This document shows, in pieces, positions 58,836 through 64,000 of a DNA stretch of 64,000 nt. This DNA is from Macrostomum lignano (lineage: Eukaryota). Numbering within the stretch: position 1 is the first letter of the stretch; every line of letters starts with the position of its first letter. The position numbers and the translations under genes are program-made. The notes beneath the pieces were generated by a model, which searched no databases, was not told the origin of the DNA, and saw only the letters and a list, made by a program, of their open reading frames with translations. The DNA lies in assembly GCA_002269645.1 (NCBI GenBank), contig NIVC01000584.1, positions 1 to 64,000 on the forward strand, written 5' to 3'.

Positions 58836-60129
58836 CGAGCTTGAAATCCGTGGTAACTGCGAGTGAAAGCAGATAAAAATGAGTAGCTCTGTATCACTTT
58901 GGATTAGTTTTTCTTACTGTACTTTCATTTGAGCATTTATATTGTTGAAAAATTAGCTACTCTATTTTGCTTCGACCACTTGGACCACAGGATGGCGATT
59001 CTTCATTTCTAGGAAACTTTTGAAGGCTCAAGTTTCCCCGAGAACGGAAATTTAGTAAAAATTCTCTAAAATATACATAAAATTTGGCCACTTGTTTATT
59101 CATTATTACTGGGCCTCATTACTGTGATGGATTGTTCCTTTTTGATTCAAACAATCCGCAGTCCATCTATCCTGGTAAAATTTTGTTCCATTTGTGGGAG
59201 GTGGATTTAATTATTATAAACTATCCCATCGATGCACCAAGTTGTTATAGGTCTCTTTACTGTTATTGAATTTTATCTCACTGTGCCACCAAGTTGTTGA
59301 AGGGGGGGGTGGGGTTTGGCTGTAATTCTAGAATTTTATTATATTAGCTTATTGAATTCGTTATGAACTACTAAAATACGGTGTTACTGAGGTAAGGCTA
59401 TGGGCTTTCACGTAAGCACGGATTGCCCTGGTAGCGCGCAGTGCCCGAGCGGCAAGACACTGTTCAGCTAGGGGGAGAGGGGGGATGACTAAGTCCTAAA
59501 GCAGCGTCCTCCAATGGATCGAGTTTGCCCGGTGAATTTCAATTTCCTCTTACGGATTTTCTTTTGTCATATACGACTTTCCATTGGTTGTTCAGTTCGA
59601 ACAGTTTATTTGGATATTTCTCCTCTTTCTATTGGCTGATTACGCCCCTGCTCTTTGCTAGTACGCTATTGGCTCTTCGACAATTCGTCTCTTGCTCTTG
59701 GTAATTTCCACCGCTAGTCCAATGAGCATTCGCTCTTAGTTTTTAGCAAATGAAGGAAGGTTTGGAACGCTTCTTCAATTTTATAGGCAATTCGCCTATG
59801 AACCAAAAGATCTAAAACTTCGGTTGCCTCTCTGGGCACAAAATTCGCTTCTATTTATACTAAAATTGGGGTGGGGAACAAGACGCGTTTAAACAAAATT
59901 CTAAAAATATACGTTTCCATAGTAAAGGCGGGAATTTAAAACTTGGCCTCTCTCACATTTAATCTTGCACGTATATTGATTGCCGCCGGAGTTAAGAAGG
60001 TGAACAAAAGTGATAGAAATGGATATGTTGGGCTGCAGTTGCAGGTCTCCAGTTTAAAATCGGAATCGTGCAGAATTACGAGTAATTCGCATTTACATGT
60101 ATATTTACATGTATACCTGCAATCAGTTG

Positions 60130-61265
60130 CAGGTACGATTCAGTTGTTCCGATATGAGAGTCCTGCCTCATCAGGTCGATCGGCCCCCTCCAACTCGCAA
60201 TATAATACAATTTCCATATCCGCTTACGCTGGTGCTGGAACTGGCTGACGTCAATATATACCAGTATGTTGTCACGATCGCTTGCTTCATCTACGAGCCA
60301 ATATGACCGCATAGTCAGGATCATGTCATGGTATACGCCGGAATAAAAAGTCCCCTAAAAAATCTACGCCACTTCATACTGAAACGTGCGCCAAGGTCCT
60401 AGGAACTTACACCAGGTTTTCTAGGCTTTGCGACAAATTTTTTTTATAAATTATTTATCAAATGTGTGGTTTTCATTTAAAGTAAATTGGCTTACAGATA
60501 ATGCCAACAAAAATCAATTTTTTGTTTAAGTTTTTTTAAGAAAATTACACGATTAGTTCGCGTGGAATTTTAAATTTTTATAAATCACGATCATAGTTAT
60601 GAACGTACTTTCATCTTACGAGTTTTACGGTTTTTATGATTTTATAATAAGAGTCTGAGGTTACGGCGTTATGCCAACAATTGTTAATATTAACTTTGGC
60701 GAGTTGGCGTACGCTGCTTGGCGTATTTACAATTCTACCAGGAGTGGCACGGACACCTGCAACAGGATGTTCTGCACATCCGACTGCAAGCGAAAGTCCG
60801 ACTCATGTGAGAAGGCAATCTTCTCCGGCGGCATACTCAACATAGCAGCTGTGAATGCCGCTGCTATCTGGAGACTGGCGCACCCGGAGCTCTGCGCCTC
60901 GCCGAACTATTGCAACGAGTTCCAGCGCAAGGCAGCTGCGCAACTTCTGCAACCTCTGATCGAGGAGCGCTCTCAATCGGCCGCTCTTCTTCAGAATCTG
61001 TCCAATCATCACAGGCTGATGTTCCAGCTCGCAGGTTGTCGAATCAACGGCGAGCAACTGAAGGAACAGGCACGCAAAGCGGCGGCTGTGGTGTCAGTTG
61101 GTGGCAGAAAGCGCTGTGCAACATGCGCGAGACAAAAGTCAAAGGACGAGAAGCTTTGAGTGCAACAACAAGGAAGTGTTGCATGTGTGACAAAGGAAAT
61201 TTGCCGAATACACACTGCAATGGAAAAGACAGTGAGTCACCATTACTGCCTACGTTGTGCACCAA
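60130..61265 (+). pseudogene. piggyBac (PGBD-like) transposase remnant, C-terminal half
   Basis: IYNSTRSGTDT...CKRKS...IFSGGILNIAAVNA (compare YN.TK.GVD...KR...W...F..LLN.A..NA) and a Cys-rich tail RKRCATC...C..C. Stops and frameshifts; no intact TTAA-bounded TIR pair. Confidence 0.8.
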
Positions 61266-61638
61266 ATTAAATAGTGACAATTGACTCAGCCTAATTGTGT
61301 ATGTGTCAGTGTTCAGATCCTTCTGCTTTGAATTTGCTGTAATATCATTTTTGACAAATTAAATATATTTTATATTATTCAGTCGCGAGTTAAATCTGTA
61401 ACTCTCCAATTTAACACGGTGCAAAAGCATTGTATAATATGCAGACATGCCTGGTTTGGTGCCTTGATAGAAAAATCACGATGTTGGGGGTGCCAGCTAG
61501 TCGCGGGGCCGCGTGGTGGCACTGAGGAAATAAATAACTACAAGCTAATATTGAAGTGCCTCTCTTATCACTAAAATGTCAATACTCATGAAATCTTTAA
61601 TTTTTCATCAAAAATGATGTGTGTCCATCACAAAAGCA

Positions 61639-61714
61639 ACTTGTCACCGAAACGACTATTTGTCACCGAACGTCTGTCACCGAAACGACTTGTCACCGAA
61701 ACGACTGGTATATA
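61639..61714. mobile_element. One-ended MITE remnant of TGTCACCGAAACGAC subrepeats
   Basis: Four subrepeats ending GACTGGTATACC; no inverted partner. Confidence 0.45.
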
Positions 61715-63487
61715 CCATACGAGTACATGTAGTGGACGAACAGTCAGAAGAATTGATTGTCTCCGCGAGTTGCATTGCGGAGGTTCGCAATTGAATAACA
61801 GATGAATCGCACCTCAGACTTGTATATTTTGTGAAACTTAATATGAGACGCAGCACTTACACTATAAAAATATGAACTCAAACATTGCCATAGGCAATTC
61901 TTTAGCGCAAAAAATCAACACATCACGATTCATAGTTAGTCAAGGGGCCTTTTCATATTGCTTGTTCTGGTTCCAGAAACAGAACCAATTTGTGAAGTAA
62001 CAAAACTTTTTGTCTCCATAACTAGAGGGAGATACATGCTATAATGTTTTTATTATTGAATGACAATCGCCAAGAAGAAATTGTGAAAAATTGTGCTAAG
62101 TGAGGTTGTTAAGGCATGTCAAACATTCAACAGAATTAAATAGTTATGCTGCTGTTTTTCTTGGAAGATCCGAACCTATTCTCTGATTCTGGAATTGGTA
62201 ATATGAAAAGTCTCAAGGTCCTTGTGAATCTGTAGATTAAAACAAGTACAACGTAGATTCTTATTTAAAAAAGCCACTGAGTTTTCTGTCGACAGAAGCT
62301 ATAGGTAGTAAATTAAACTAAGGCTGATTCAGCGCTCACCTAATTTAATAGTTACTTCTTTAATAGACCAACTTTATGACTCAGTGATCAGATTTAAAAA
62401 CCATCCACTCTCCTGGAAATCACGATCGACCGTGCTCGTGAGTTCCACGACCACATTGATAATGAACAATCGACGACTATGCTATCGCGGACCTATTTAA
62501 TATTTATTTCTTAGCCAGCCAGTTTGGCCTTAATGCAATGTGCGCAAATGCGCAATGCTATGGCACATGAGCCAAGCGTTAAAGAATATCAGTTTATTTT
62601 GCTGTTTTGGTAATCGACAGTTTAAATAGAACTGATTAAAATTACAGATACACCTTAAAATAGAAACAAAGAATGACCATCTATGGGTTTTTTAAGTGAT
62701 ATTAAAATTCTAAAAACTGCATAAATAGACTTCATCAACAAGTTGAAGTCAATGATAAAAATAGTTAAGATGTCATAAAACTTGACTTTGAATTTTTGCT
62801 ATAGGCCTACCAAGTACGCAAGTAGGCCTAAAATTAATCATTCAATTTCTAGTCTATTTTTCCTAGTCGTCTTTTCTAGTCTATTTTTCAAAGAGACAAG
62901 GATCGTTATCCTTTGCCTGCCTGCCTACTTTTCTTTCCTTTTTGATGTAGGCAGGCCAGAGGGAGAGGGTATAAATGGGTTTTAAAATTGATTAGGCCTA
63001 GGCCTAAGATTTGGTCATTATAAGTTTATTTCATCATGAAACCAAATTCCCATTTTCATGGGAAGTGATTGACACAATTATTTATGGTGCATGACCAAGA
63101 TAGCCACATAACTAGATAGGCCTAGCCACAGCTCTAAATGTCTAAATAGAAAATAATAAGCCCAGGTCTATATATTTCATTCATTTCCTATTGGTAGTAA
63201 TTAGTAAGATAGATGCTATAAATAAATAAATTGTATTAGGCCTACATTATAATCATTCCCTTTGGCTGTAGCTTTTATTGTAGGCCTAGCCTGCCTGACC
63301 TAGGGGCCTATAGATAGGCCCATTTTATCCAATAGGCCTATATAAAGCAAGTAACCTAAGGTACAAAATAAATATTTTGTTGTATATTTATCACATTTTT
63401 TGTATAGCTAGCATAGGTGCAGCCCATTTCAATGAAAGAAATTTTGGTGAAAGATACTTTGGCAAAAGTGAATTTTTAGTTTAAATA

Positions 63488-64000
63488 CGAGGGGTGTCCC
63501 AAAAGTTCCCGGAATGTCTAATGTAGCTCTTCCACAAAGCCATGAAATTTCACGCCCATGGTGTCAAATGAAAGGAAATTTTGTCACAAAGAATACAAAG
63601 TTAAAATCATGTTGATATCTTTTTTTATTCAAGAGCTACAGCAAGAAACGTACGCAAAGGTCAGGGGTAGTGTTACACAACCTCAACAATCTATGGCAAT
63701 AATTTTTTCATCTCCATTTTTGGAGTTTTTCATTTTGAATTCATTCACAGCAGACTGGCCATCTCTAAAGCATTCGATCCATCCATAAATTGCAGTTTTT
63801 TCAGGCTGTTCTCACTGTGGATGGAGAATAAGTGGTTAGAAATCTTGGCTCCATTCTATCCTACTGACCAAAGGGCAAAAACTTGACTTCGCTGACTTTC
63901 AAGGCTCTGAAAAAAACTCATTTTTGCAAAGAAATTTCAAGTTGAAAGCAAGCGCTTGGTACGAATTATCTACACTCGCGCAAAAGCTCAGATTAGCTTT
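63488..64000 (+). mobile_element. Tc1/mariner-type left end, continuing past the window
   Basis: TA followed by CGAGGGGTGTCCCAAAAGTTCCCGGAAT, a mariner-type TIR start. No ORF visible. Confidence 0.65.

Noticed and set aside
59420-59470. tRNA-like A box (GTGCCCGAGCGG)
   Set aside because: No B box or cloverleaf.

Overview
Eukaryotic, repeat-rich, intron-containing DNA. GC-rich exons among dense minisatellites and (TCTG)n/(ATCA)n tracts resemble the flatworm Macrostomum, but the species is my inference. There is no rRNA, intact tRNA or CRISPR array. Host genes reconstructed by hand from GT-AG sites and reading phase: an 11-exon orphan with an 11-aa coding VNTR and a very divergent ETS-like domain (8982-15434 +), SOSS-C/INIP (18424-18717 +), TATDN3 (20287-22208 +), a tetraspanin (33003-34817 -), an intronless orphan rhodopsin-type GPCR (40876-42174 -), Nck (46471-49516 -), and a coiled-coil gene with a CEP290-like C-terminal motif (55371-58835 +). 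Mobile DNA: a decayed Ty3/gypsy element (1-7274 -) whose gag is split by a 617-bp LINE 3' fragment with a 14-bp TSD; a second LTR+PBS of the same family (50609-51343 +); a 5'-truncated Penelope-like element with an inverted pLTR carrying a minimal hammerhead ribozyme; Mutator-like MITE/foldback elements (two with 9-bp TSDs); and piggyBac, mariner and hAT remnants. The most interesting signals are the degenerate ETS-like protein, the ribozyme present only on the strand antisense to the host intron, and tandem arrays built from splice-donor (U1) or YY1-type motifs.
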